59,263 nucleotides of DNA, taken from positions 1 to 59,263 of the forward strand of contig NW_021832990.1 in NCBI RefSeq assembly GCF_006345805.1, written 5' to 3'. The stretch's first letter is position 1. Every line of letters begins with the position of its first letter. The position numbers and the translations under genes are program-made. This DNA comes from Octopus sinensis (lineage: Eukaryota). This document shows, in pieces, positions 1-12,457 of the stretch. The notes below the pieces were generated by a model, which was not told where the DNA came from, ran no database searches, and saw only the letters and a program-made list of their open reading frames with translations.

Positions 1-170
1 TGGCAGCTGTCCATCTGTGAGTCCAGATCACATCAGCAGTGGACCTGCCAGTTCTAAAGCCACTTTGTCCCGGTGACAGAAAGTTTTCCACCTTGGTTCT
101 TATCCTCTCTAATGCGATCAACGACAGTGTTTTCCGAAGCGTCGTTAGCAAAATAATAGGTCTTAGGCTG
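1..170 (-). mobile_element. Non-LTR retrotransposon reverse transcriptase fragment (runs off window start)
   Basis: Manual minus-strand translation gives LRPIILLTTLRKTLSLIALERIRTKVENFLSPGQSGFRTGRSTADVIW, containing the RPI-x-L and QxGFRxGRSTxD motifs of LINE RTs. Confidence 0.85.
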
Positions 171-410
171 GATAGGGGTTATAAATTTAGAAACTTTTCC
201 AACATTATTTTCATTTTTACTAAGAAGATGGATTTATTACATTGATTTTTTAATAATGAGGTAATTTAAATAATTAACAATTACAATCCTGGTTAAAATC
301 GAAACTAAACATAGTAAAAGGGGATTAAAAGTTTACATATTTGAAAGTCCATTCTAATCACTTTTTTAAAAATCTTTAAGGTCACTAAATCTTAATAATA
401 AAATGGTATG

Positions 411-454
411 GTGTGTGTCTGTCTGTCTGTCTGTGTGTCTGTCTGTCTGTCTGT
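411..454 (+). repeat. (GT)/(GTCT)n microsatellite near the Helitron 5' end
   Basis: gtgtgtgtctgtctgtctgtctgtgtgtctgtctgtctgtctgt read directly. Confidence 0.95.
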
Positions 455-600
455 GCACACCCACATTCAAATTGTTACAAACCAGATCAAATTGTCAAAA
501 CCTTCCCTTTTGTAGTTATTCGATAATGAGGCACAATAAAAGGTTGATATCCTCTAAGAACCTTCCTGTCAAAAAATTTTAATAAGAAAGAATATCCTCG

Positions 601-2142
601 ATGATGAGGTCCCCCAAAACCTTCAAGTCAATTTTCTGCGTTTTTGTTAAAATGAACAACAAGAAAGTCCTCGACTCACATGATGTGGTCCCCCAAAACC
701 TTCAAGCCAAAAAATTAAAAAAAATTATTTTCTGCGTTTTTGTTAAAATGAACAACAAGAAAGTCCTCGACTCACATGATGTGGTCCCCCAAAACCTTCA
801 AGCCAAAAAATTAAAAAAAATTATTTTCTGCGTTTTTGTTAAAATGAACAACAAGAAAGTCCTCGACTCACATGATGTGGTCCCCCAAAACCTTCAAGCC
901 AAAAAATTAAAAAAAATTATTTTCTGCGTTTTTGTTAAAATGAACAACAATAAAGTCCTCGACTCACATGATGTGGTCCCCCAAAACCTTCAAGCTAAAA
1001 AATTAAAAAAAATTATTTTCTGCGTTTTTGTTAAAATGACCAACAAGAAAGTCCTCGACTCACATGATGTGGTCCCCCAAAACCTTCAAGCCAAAAAATT
1101 AAAAAAAATTATTTTCTGCGTTTTTGTTAAAATGAACAACAAGAAAGTCCTCGACTCACATGATGTGGTCCCCCAAAACCTTCAAGCTAAAAAATTAAAA
1201 AAATTATTTTCTGCGTTTTTGTTAAAATGACCAACAAGAAAGTCCTCGACTCACATGATGTGGTCCCCCAAAACCTTCAAGCCAAAAAATTAAAAAAAAT
1301 TATTTTCTGCGTTTTTGTTAAAATGAACAACAAGAAAGTCCTCGACTCACATGATGTGGTCTCCCAAAACCTTCAAGCTAAAAAATTAAAAAAATTATTT
1401 TCTGCGTTTTTGTTAAATGAACAGCAAGAAAGTCCTTGACTCACATGATGTGGTCCCCCAAAACCTTCAAGGTAAAAAATTAAAAAAATTTTCTTTCTGC
1501 GTTTTTGTTAAAATGAACAACAAGAAAGTCCTCGACTCACATGATGTGGTCCCCCAAAACCTTCAAGGTAAAAAATTAAAAAAATATTTTCTGCGTTTTT
1601 GTTAAAATGAACAACAAGAAAGTCCTCGACTCACATGATGTGGTCCTCCAAAACTTTCAAGCCAAAAAATTAAAAAAATTATTTTCTCTGCGTTTTTGTT
1701 AAAATAAACAACAAGAAAGTCCTCGACTCACATGATGTGGTCCCCCAAAACCTTCAAGCCAAAAAATTAAAAAAATTATTTTCTGCGTTTTTGTTAAAAT
1801 GAACAACAAGAAAGTCCTCGACTCACATGATGTGGTCCCTCAAAACCTTCAAGCCAAAAAATTAAAAAAAATTATTTTCTGCGTTTTTGTTAAAAAATGA
1901 ACAACAAGAAAGTCCTCGACTCACATGATGTGGTCCCTCAAAACCTTCAAGCCAAAAAATTAAAAAAAATTATTTTCTGCGTTTTTGTTAAATGAACAAC
2001 AAGAAAGTCCTCGACTCACATGATGTGGTCCCCCAAAACCTTCAAGCCCAAAATTAAAAAAAAATTTTTCTGCGTGTTTGTTAAAATGAACGACAAGAAA
2101 GTCCTCGACTCACATGATGAGGTCCTCCACAACCTTCAAGCC
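601..2142 (+). repeat. Minisatellite, ~96-bp unit, ~16 copies
   Basis: The unit gatgtggtcccccaaaaccttcaagccaaaaaattaaa...gtcctcgactcacat recurs with 96-bp period (unit landmark at 652, 748, 844, 940, 1036, 1132 and onward); later copies carry homopolymer indels. Confidence 0.98.
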
Positions 2143-2859
2143 TCGTGAGGCCATTAATTAGCTTAGCTATCTTTTTTCGATGACATAAATTCTTTTTTGT
2201 TAAATTTTCGTTAAAAAAATAAAATAAAAGCTCTAATTGTTATCGACCATGAATAGACTGTGCAATTATCAGATTTTGAAAACCACTAAAAAGGAAAAAG
2301 CAAAAATATTAGAGATTTACATAATTGATTCTTTTTAACTGCCGAAACTGACAAATTCGATTATGCTACTGTTTAGATTTCTTAAAAGATAGAGGCAAAT
2401 AAAATTTAAATTAGTCATGTAAATTTCAATTTGCCTATATTTAAATCTCCTTGATTTAACAGGCTTTAATTTTTTTTCCTTATAATACTACAAAGATGAA
2501 GCTGATTATCATTTTCTTTACCGAAACAGACAAGTTCGATTATGCTAAAGTTTCAATTCCTTTAAACATAGAGGCAATTAAGTATAATGGCTTTGATTGG
2601 ATATACATAACTTTACATAATTTCACTAAATAAATTTACGTAGAAAATTAATATAAATTACTGATTCGCGTTTACAAAATCATAAGAATGTCCTATAAAG
2701 AGAGATCTGAGAATGTTAACAAACAAGAGAATATGAACCATATAACAAAAAAAGAGAAACGAGGGAAGATGTGCTTAAATGGTGAGGGAACTTAGACAAC
2801 AGCTGAACAAGGTCAGGACTGCTGTTAGACTCAACTACGGGTAATAGAATTATGCATTC

Positions 2860-3654
2860 TAGGTTAATTGTTTGGGATGAATGTACGATGGCTCATAAAG
2901 GCGCATTCAAGCAGTTTACCGAACATATAGAGATATCAAGAATTGTAGCGACCATTTGTTTGGGGGAGCATTAGTTGTATTGGCAGGTGATTTTAGACAG
3001 ACGCTGCCAATTATTCAAAGAGGGACGCCTGCGGATGAATTGAATGCCTGCCTCAAATCGTCATATTTGTGGACACACGTGAAAAAGGTAAGCTTAGATG
3101 TAAATGTACATGCACATTACAAGGCGTTAATAGCATATTCCCACAAATCCTTCTAGATATTGGAAATGGGGCAATCACTCACTCAAAATGCACGACCAGA
3201 AAATTAGGCTACCGGAAGAATTATGTATTTTCGTAGAAACAGCAGAAGAATTATTGAATGCCGTCTATTCCGAACTATCTGAACACTACGTGAATTTCGA
3301 CTGGCTGCGTGAACGAGCTATATTAGCTCCACTTAATGAGGTACTTAATATAAATTTAGATTATTAATGAAAATCCCTGGCAGAGAAAGAATATATAAAT
3401 CGGTCGACGTTATTATGGACCATGAAAGGGCCTGCGATAGATTTAAGATACAATTTCCGCTGAAGAAGTTTTGCTATGACAATAAACAAGCCCAGGGACA
3501 GTCTTTAAAGGTAGTAGGCTTATTTTTTAGAGAACGAGTGCTTTTCACATGGCCAGCTGTATGTGGGTGCTCAAGGGTAGGTAGAAGAGAATTATTTATA
3601 TTTGCCAAGGATGGACGGACTGCAAACATCGTTTATCCACAGGCCTTAGAATAA
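2860..3654 (+). pseudogene. Degenerate PIF1-family helicase C-terminus of a Helitron RepHel
   Basis: IVWDECTMAHK, FGGALVVLAGDFRQTLP, ERAILAP, AQGQSLKVVG and TANIVYPQAL motifs, broken by frameshifts and deletions. Confidence 0.9.
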
Positions 3655-4116
3655 GGTTATATCAAAGCAGGTCGCATTTATATATCTACATAAATTTATA
3701 GTTATTTAAGGAAACTGCGAGCGTAGCGAGCAGGGCCTCCGCAGGAGCTAGCTCGCAGTGAGCGAAGCGAACTGCTGAGCTAGTTAAAAATAATTGTAAT
3801 CCAATTATTTGATTTCAATAGAAAGCATGACTTTATGTCCAGATAAATTCAGCTATCTTTTGGCCCTTTTTTGCGGGCGGGAACCAAAAATTGGGACTAA
3901 AATTTAAAAATAACCAGATTTTTAGTAACAAATCTTATTTTTTTAATTCTTTGGTCTTGTATTTATGTAAATTAAAATATTTAAAAATTCAAAATTTTAA
4001 ATAAAATTTTCCAAGAGGCTGGAATTTTACCCACAACCACCTACTTCCAAAAAAAACATGGTTAATAAATAATTCACCTTACGTCAGTTCTAGTGGAACT
4101 TATATATTATTAAAAA

Positions 4117-4961
4117 TTAAAATTTATTAAAATAACACATTAAATAAGGTTTAATATTTTCATCTTTGAAGTTTCTGCCTTTCGCTAAAAGTTTATTTAG
4201 CATCGAGAAACTTCTTTCGACAGATAATGTGGTTCCCGGACATTTCAATAAATACACGAATAATTCAGGAGGGAAATCTCCCGAATTAGCTTCTTGAATG
4301 CTATTCCATGGCATTGAATTTGTTCTTTTTTTAAATATTGTGCAATCGCACATGGATCTTCCCCAAAGTCGATAGAATTAATACCTTGAATAGCATCTTT
4401 AACAGTATAAAAATTATCTTCACATTTCTTTATTCACTCGCTTAGACAGTTGTAAAATGCTATGTTTGCTAGGTTCCGCTCCGGTGAATCAAAATTTATC
4501 GCCTTCTTTGCATTCAAAACAATTTTTCCATTATTCGATAACGAGGAAACAATCCTTCGGATTTTGTTCAAATGTTTTGAATAATATGTTGCAGCATTAA
4601 GCAAGCTGCCCCATCTTGTGACAACAACATCTGGAGGTAGACCAAATTCTGAAAAAAGCTTTTGACGACCTTTATTTTTAAGCGTCACAATCTTCATCGA
4701 TGATATTAAGAAATCGATGTCTTGATAGTGAGAACGCACTTTTAGTGCACAATTATGAAGTAAATGGGCGAAACAAGTAAGGTGAATCATATTCGTATGC
4801 TATACGTATGCGTAAAATATACGTATGCTAGTTGCGGCTGACATCATATACGGTGCAGCATCAGTTAACAACAAAACAAAGTTTTTTCTTTCAATTTGGT
4901 AATTTCGTAAGCAATCATCAATTGTTTGACAAATTGAACTTGCATCACACGTCTCAATCGA
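4117..4961 (-). mobile_element. hAT-like (CGGBP1-related) transposase remnant
   Basis: LLLTDAAPYM, HLTCFAHLLHN (CxxH), TRWGS and SVERSFS motifs across three broken ORFs. Confidence 0.8.
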
Positions 4962-5443
4962 ATCGTGAAGGCCGGTCTCGAATCGGCGGGCCATTCGTGC
5001 CTCCTCGAATTAGTCGGACTCGATCGGGGAGACGGCAAAAGGCCTGACGGGATGACAATATTCCCGTACTCGTCGGGGAAGGCCCTCGTATGGGATGTTA
5101 CCGTTATGGATACCTTTTCAAAGTCGAGGATCCATTCTTCCGCCGCGAACCCTTGTTCGGCTGCAAACCACGCCGAAAAGATCAAAATACAAAAATATTC
5201 TTCGTTCGCGGACCCCTACCGCGTTACGCCAATCGCCCTGGAGACCGCTGGAGCCGCGGGAAAGGAGACTGACTCGTTCCTCAACGAGGTCGGGCAGTCC
5301 ATTGGGAGGAGGTTCAAGGTCCCGAGAGAGGGCCTCTGGTTCTGCCAGCGCATCGGTCTGGCCATTGTTCGCGGAAACGCATACTGCGTCCTTGCCGCTG
5401 GGACTTAACGCTTTTCTTCTATCTCTTTGTTTTGTAAAAAAAT
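4962..5443 (+). mobile_element. 5'-truncated CRE-like non-LTR retrotransposon (REL endonuclease end), copy 1
   Basis: GLDRGDGKRPDG...LVWDVT...PIALET...RGNA; GC-rich island; short T-rich 3' UTR ending in an A-run. Confidence 0.85.
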
Positions 5444-5639
5444 TAGGTGAACTTTATACTTTTGGAAAAACTTAAATAAAACAGTTATGTAATAGAAAAT
5501 AAAATTATATTAAAAATAAACAATTCTCCAAAGACCAATTTGATCCACTGTACCTTCCATAAAAATTTCAGAATTTTTTTCTGAAAAATATAATGTACCT
5601 ATTTCTTGTATAGATCTATGATAATCTGAAAATAAAAGA

Positions 5640-6290
5640 AGAAATATTTTAAATAACTTAAGATCTGACATTTTTCTTAAATAATATTTAAAGTTTTGTG
5701 AAATCGATAATGATACGATTTCTTAGATTAATTCAATAGATGCTAAAGAAGCCATTTTGAACGATGAAATTATTACTCAGAAAGGCAAAATATTTGCTTC
5801 GGAATGAGGATTCAATGATTTTAAAGAATGCAAGGGTGGCTTGTTAAATTTAAAAAAATGAATGATTTGAAGTTACGAAATATGCATGAAGAATCTGCAA
5901 CTTTAAATTTTGACCTTAATGTGATATCAAATTAGCCGAATTTTTAATCAATTCTTTTTGAAATAAGAAATTGGGGAAACATAATAGAAAAAATTTATAA
6001 ATTATGAAAACCCTGTCATTAAAAATTACGAATATATTCTATAAAAAATGAACATAAGTGATCCTCTAGAAGAGAGAATTTATATCGAAATTGACTACAG
6101 TAAAAATGAAGAATTTGACTTGAATGATTCGGAACATTAGAACAAGAAATTTAGAGAAAAGTCAGAAAGCTGTAACGAAGCTTTTAAGTTTTAAATAAAT
6201 TTCATAGTCAAGAAGAATTCTTAGATGTTGAAAATCTTGAATCCATTGAAAGCTTAGATTTTCAATGAACAGAACTCTAAAAAATCAAAA
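5640..6290 (+). mobile_element. Decayed pogo/Tigger-like transposase fragment
   Basis: 5750-5860 reads approximately LNDEIITQKGKIFASE*GFNDFK..KGWLVKFKK, resembling the CENP-B-type HTH; boundaries approximate. Confidence 0.5.
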
Positions 6291-6872
6291 GTTACTGAGT
6301 TTTTGTTATAAATAATTTTTTTGCTTTACATTATGAATGGATGAAAATTTGCTTTTTTGCATCCTGACACTTTCTTTTTGCTCCCATCAGACACAAGATC
6401 AAATTATCCCGAATAATAATTAAACTTGTAAGTAAATTATATAATATTGACATACATGTGATTGGACATAAACCATCTAGTGATCCACAAATTTCTTTTT
6501 AAGAATTAAATAAAACCAAAACTCTGGTGAATATATTTCACTGACTATTTCAATAATTTATGGCATGATACGCCGTGAAGGGACTCAAATTTCTTGACAA
6601 AAACGATAGACACCGTCCCATCCATAAGACTTGTAGAAATTGCAAATACTCAGAAAAGAATAATCAACATTCTTTTTGAAAAAAACTCAGAAAAGATGTT
6701 TTTAGAGGAAAATTGATTTTTCAGTGAAAAATTATACACATCTATATTTTTTAATTTAAAAATGTCGTTTGAGAAATTTCACAATTCCGTAAGTCTTTTA
6801 TTTTGACATTTTATTTTTTGTTATTTGTATAAATATAATTTTGCTATAGAAACCATATAAATTTTTTTTGTG

Positions 6873-9223
6873 ATGAAAAAGGAAAATGGTTTACAACAAT
6901 ATTAATTTTCAGTATCAACAAATCGACAAATGACGGGAACGGCAACTCGCTTATCTACTGCAGCTGTATTTAATGAAGCTTATTTAATATTATAGAGAAA
7001 TCAACAGTCTTCAAAGCCTTCTGGAGTAGGTATTTATTGATTATTTGAATCTCAATTTTTGCACTATAGTCATTAACCCGCCAATCAAAATTCAAGACCG
7101 TCCCACAACTCAGCATGGTCTAGGAGGACTTCGGATGGATACTGGTTGCTTAGTGAAATCATGAATTTATAGCTTCCACGCGAACTGTTCAAGATAAAAC
7201 TTATTATATTGGACTTTTGAGGTTGCAATTTGTATTTATCATTTTAAAGGAATAAGATTAACGAAATTGTGGCTGAAAATAACCGACTGGACGAACAAGT
7301 TGAGAAACAAAAAACTGAAAACGAAATGCAATCTTTTTATAAACAAAAGTATACAAATATAATATTTATCCATTAGACTAACTCAAATCACTATAGATAA
7401 TGAAAATTTAAAAGATAAACTTGCTCAATACAATACGGTCTTATTTATTGAAAATTTTTTAGTTATTGGAAAAAGTTAACATCGGAGAAAATATTAGCGA
7501 TCTAGAAAGAGAAGTCAACGAAGTATAATTAAAATAAAAAAGCTAGATGAGTTTTGATAATCATAAATTGTCAAAAGAAGTCGACAAATTACTTCACAGT
7601 AAAAAAGAGTATGGATTAATATTCAAAAATATCTACTTCTAGACTTGACAGACAAATCGAATTTTATGAAACACAGCTGAATGATAAAATGTACGATAAT
7701 ATAATTGCAGATATGGTTTATTTAAAGCTTATTCTATATGAAGGATGAGGTAATGATCCAAGAATATCGAAGCCTTTTGATAGAAAAAAAGCAGTGTGAA
7801 TTGAAATTAGATAATGATCACTCACAAATCATATCCCTACAAAACATAAAACAAGAGATTTTAGAAGTAAATTATAAATTCAAATGATTTTATAGACTCT
7901 TTCAGTAGACCCCGACAAAAGCGAAATTGGTAAGTTATTTTTAATTTGATATTCACATACCGAACGTGTGATTAATGATTGTAGTCAATTTACTTTACGA
8001 ACTAAACAATCTGACAAACAAAAGAGATGAATTGTACCATGAAAACTCGCCCAGAGTCGATCCAGCTAGAGAACGTGAAGATTTATTAGCAAAAGTGATT
8101 CAAGACAACCAAGAAATATCCATCATGGAAAGACAGTAATGAATTATTTATTTTAAATATATAGAATTGAAACTTCAAAATCTGAGATTCAACAACTCGA
8201 AGATGAACTCTCAAAATTAAATTGTGAATTAAATTCAAGTGAAGGTTTTTAAAACAAAGCTAACCTTAAAGGAGATTTAAAAGCCAAATTAGAAGAATTA
8301 AATAATGAGCAAAAATATATAAATGGTAAAAAATCAATTAAATGGCAGAATTTCTTTACGATTACCAAAATATTCAAGACGATAAAAACGTATTTTCAAA
8401 TTTAATTTTAACACCAAATAGAAAGAATTAAAGAGTATTAAAAATCAAATTGATCAATTGAATATGTGTATACAATCTGTATGTTTTCTATTAATAATAT
8501 TTTTAGAAAGAAAAACAAGCAAGAACAGTTCCCTCTGAGATAGAATTAAGTACAATACGATCTCGAATGCAAAATGATATGAAAAATATTAGCAACTCAG
8601 GAATATCAGTTACAAATTTACTTGCAGGTTACAATTATGTGTGCTAAAATATTTTTTTTCTGATGTTTAATTAAGCAGAATCCGAATCTCGTAATTCTGA
8701 ACTTGAAAAACTTAAAAACATTGAAGAACAAATTGCAGCAGAAGCACAGATATTACAATTTGAGTATAATCAGATGCAATCTAGCATTCCTCTACTTTCA
8801 GATTTTGATAAACTAAAGCAAGATTTTATAGAAAAAACACAAGTTTTATGAGATAAAATATTCTTTATAAAGAAAATTCAAGAAGATATTGATATGTTTA
8901 ATAGATCTGAAAAAATATATGATTCATTTTTGGAAGGTATCGCGGAAGAAATTAAATCAATAACTACAAAACTTTCGGGAAATAAAAACTATAAATATGT
9001 ATATTTTAGTTGTTAGACTAATAAACTCATTAGATCTATTCAATGAAAAAAAGATTGAAACATTTGACAGAATCTAATTACACTTACAAACAAGGTTGAA
9101 ATTTTTTTAATTATTTTAGCTATTCAACAAAAAATGAATGAAGGAGGATTACAACCTAGTAGAAATGAGCTTAAAAAACTTTTAAATAGTTATAATGCTG
9201 TCTTAATTAAACATTACGAATAA
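6873..9223 (+). CDS. IFT74: Intraflagellar transport protein 74 (22 exons)
   Basis: Removing 21 GT-AG introns (23-55 nt) by hand gives an uninterrupted frame from ATG 6873 to TAA 9223 with IQDRPTTQHGLGGL, RTVQDKTYYIGLLRNKINE and ERED-LLAKVIQDNQEISIMERQ motifs. Confidence 0.92.
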
Positions 9224-9729
9224 TTACTAGCTTATTGATTTAAAATCTTCAAAAATCATTTAAATTATAGATAACATATCAAAAACCAGTTAGAAAAATA
9301 AAACTTTACTCAAAAACAAGGGGTTAATAATATACAGAAAAAACTTTTTTTTAAATATTGAAGAATCAGCAAAAATTTTTAACATTTTATCTAGATAAAT
9401 AATCTTAGAAGAAAATCACAATATAATTTCTGTAACTGCCAGGCCATCTTATGCGCCGAAGTTTAAAATAATCTTTGTCGGTGTTAGATAAATCTGAAAT
9501 CATTAATTTTCTACAACTAGTAAGTAACTAGCAAGAACTATTTCTTAAAACTAAGATATTGAAAATAAGAGATAGTAAAGAAAAATTATTCTGACAAATA
9601 CCAAATTAAAAAACGAACCAAATACGATTGCCGAAAATTTGGAAGTTAGTCAAAATCAATGCGACTCATTCCTGATGATTCTCACACCCTGTTTCCAGAC
9701 TAATAAAACTCAAATCAGTATAATAAAAA

Positions 9730-10516
9730 TCACCTCAACTTTTCCAATTTCTTCTCCAGAACCTTAACTTTCCTTTCATCTAATATTAAGATAAAGTTAA
9801 CAAATATGGAATACCGGGAGCATTATACGACATGTGAGGCTTATTCATTGGATTAACATCTGATTTTTCAAATTCGTCTCTTATCATCTTCAAATGTTGT
9901 TTATATCGCATTTTTGGAAATTCTTTGCGTAATTCAGGCAACCGAGCTTCCTCAAATTCGCGAAATGCAAGCTTCATTCTTTTTTCTGGATGTCGATCAA
10001 TTTTTTGATCTTTTTTATTTCTAAAATTTTTAGGCATAATTTTACCTTGAATTTTCATTTTCATACTCGGCTTCCTCCATGTTCAAAGATTTATTATTAA
10101 TGGAAAATTCTTCATCAAATAAAATGTTATTTTCAGCTAAAATATACACATAAAGAATTACCGATTCTGCTAGGAGCCTTAATAGGCTTCGGCTGAGGAA
10201 CATATTCAGGTTCAACTTTTAATGGGGTTCCAACTATTGCTTCTGTGCCTTGGTTTTCCTGTAATTCAAATTCTTTCAATTCTCTTCGGCGAGTTATTTT
10301 TTCTTGTTTTTTGGCTTCCTTCTCTTCCTGAATGAATATATAATTTAAAAGTAATTTACATTTCTTTTTTGTTTTTTTAAAACTAATCTATCATCATCCT
10401 TCCACAATTCGTCTTCACGTTGTTTTTGTAGGGCATCTTCAGCTTCCTTTTTGTTGAGCTTTCCGTTCTCTTGCTATGACTGCTTTAGTATTTTCAGTTT
10501 TAAATTTTTTCGGCAT
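9730..10516 (-). CDS. CCDC124: Coiled-coil domain protein 124 (Lso2/CCDC124 family), multi-exon
   Basis: MPKKFKTENTKAVIARERKA N-terminus, EDELWKDDD, and DRHPEKRMKLAFREFEEARLPELRKEFP...KSDVNPMN; one extra base in an A-run near 10448-10452. Confidence 0.9.
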
Positions 10517-11169
10517 CTGTAACTTTTCGTTAATAAATGATGCAACCACAAAATCACTCAAGAAATTAATATTTTATAATATTGGTTATAAAATTAGAAT
10601 ATTGGTTTTAAAATTTAAAATTAAAAAAATTACATATTATAAGAAAATAAAAGAGAGATGCTATTTTTTAAGAGAATGATCATTTATTTGTTCTCGATTT
10701 TTCTAGCCAAGCTTGAACAAACTTCATACTATTAAATTAATCATTTGATTTAATATTTCGGTGAAAAATTTTTATGAGCAGAAAATGATATTTTGACAAT
10801 TATTTTTCACTAATAAAATCAGTTTAAGTCATTTTTTGCAATTAAATTCTTAGGAAACGATTAATAAATCATTTAAAAGCTTCTAAGAGATTATATTTTA
10901 GAAAACCCAATCGTATATTTTACTGTTTCCGCTGAATTTTAAAATTTCTAGAAAACGAAATTTTTGTATATCTGTTTAGCGGTTCTATGTTTTTAATAAA
11001 ATTGTTTTTTGTACTGTCTTTTTTGATTTTATAATAATTTGGACGAAATATCAATTTGGTCTAATAAAATTTTGACAATCGGACTCGAGAAGAAGGTTAA
11101 AATTTTTTTAGAATATTGCCATTCTGTATTTCTTTTTTATTAATTTATTGCCCAATCAGTTTATTGAAA

Positions 11170-11800
11170 CTAACATCACTCTCACCTTTTTAGGGTCTAC
11201 GTTCAGTCACGAATGGGCAGATCCATGACAGCGCACTACCTCCTCAGCAGGCATCGATAACCAGTACCTTGTCTTGGCTTACATGTTCTCTTAAGTCTTC
11301 TGCGACACCAAGGTCTGGATATATTTCTTCACTCTGTCCTCCACTTCGAGCACCTTCAGGTGGTTCTTGAAGAATTTTGACACAATTCCGTTCAGGTCAT
11401 AACGACAGGGGCAATCTTCAGTATCGTCTGGTGGATTGCTCCTAGTTCTATTTGCCGGAAAGTCTTGTGAAACTTTTCCACTTCGAACGCTTGACACAAT
11501 TTTGTGAAGTGATCCCCACCTCGATAAGTGTAATTGTATTGATCGATTTGTTGTGAACAAAAATGTCGGGCCTGTTATTTGGATAGCATTATCTTATCCT
11601 TCAGGAGTTTTGTGTCAACTCGGATTTCCACAAATTTTTGGTGGTAACAGATTAGACTGAATGGGTTTTTTAATTTTTTCGACTTTTTAATTCTATATTG
11701 GCGACATAGATGCAGATGGAGGATTTGACCACTTTGTTATGGCATCTAAGATAGGGGCCGTTATCCATTTGCCCACACCTGGTGGTAATGTGAGTTTATA
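11170..11800 (-). mobile_element. R4/Dong-like non-LTR retrotransposon 3' fragment (REL domain), degenerate
   Basis: NNRPDIFVHNK..ITLIEVGITSQ and GIVSKFFKNHLKVLEVEDRVKKYIQTLV, with frameshifts. Confidence 0.7.
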
Positions 11801-11838
11801 TAATAATTATTCAAAGCAAAGAAATAATTAATAGTCAT

Positions 11839-12130
11839 TCAGTTTCCGTTTTCGTTATTTGTAGTGTTTTGTTGCATCAACATCACCCTCTTAGGACCCA
11901 CGTTCAGTGCACGGATGGGCAGATTCATGTCAACGTGCTGTCTAAATTCAGTGGGTACCTCCTCAACAGGCATCAATAACCGTGCCTTGCCTTGCATGGT
12001 CTCTAAGGTCTTCCGCAACACCAGTGTCTGAATGTATGCCTTCACCCTGTCCTCCACGCCAAACGCCTACAGTTGGTTTTTGAAAAATGTTGACACTATT
12101 CCGTCCCCAGTCATGACGACAGGGACGATC
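11839..12130 (-). mobile_element. Second, shorter 3' fragment of the same R4-like family
   Basis: EDRVKAYIQTLVLRKTLE; clear nucleotide similarity to 11180-11410. Confidence 0.7.
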
Positions 12131-12457
12131 TTTACTTTTATTCAATTTTCATTACTTCTTTTAAAAAATTATTGTAAAATAACGTGATGTTTATTTTTAT
12201 GTAAAAGGTATATTATTTTTTAATTAGTAAGCATTAGCTTTTAAATTATTGATACACCTGAATTCGATGGCAAATTATCTAATTAAAATAAAAATTTCAC
12301 TGACATTCGATGGTAAAAACATAATTTCTCTGAATTTTTTTATCACTCAAACCATAAGGCTGTATGTATCAAGACTAATTAATTTTTTATTATTGACTTG
12401 AAAACTCCAAAGGTGGCCACCTAAATATAATATAATAAAAATTTATTCAGAATAAAA

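Larger units (their letters stand above)
390..3783 (+). mobile_element. Non-autonomous Helitron with both termini
   Basis: 5' TC at 390 followed by a (GTCT)n tract; 3' CTAG at 3780-3783 preceded by a GC-rich hairpin (gcagt...gcgaagc...actgc, 3755-3775); inserted between A389 and T3784; internal PIF1 helicase remnant. Confidence 0.85.

Noticed and set aside
601-2142. CRISPR-like array, or a real repeat protein (ORFs 601-1605)
   Set aside because: Units are head-to-tail with no unique spacers and no cas genes; the ORFs arise because the unit is 96 bp and break at homopolymer indels.
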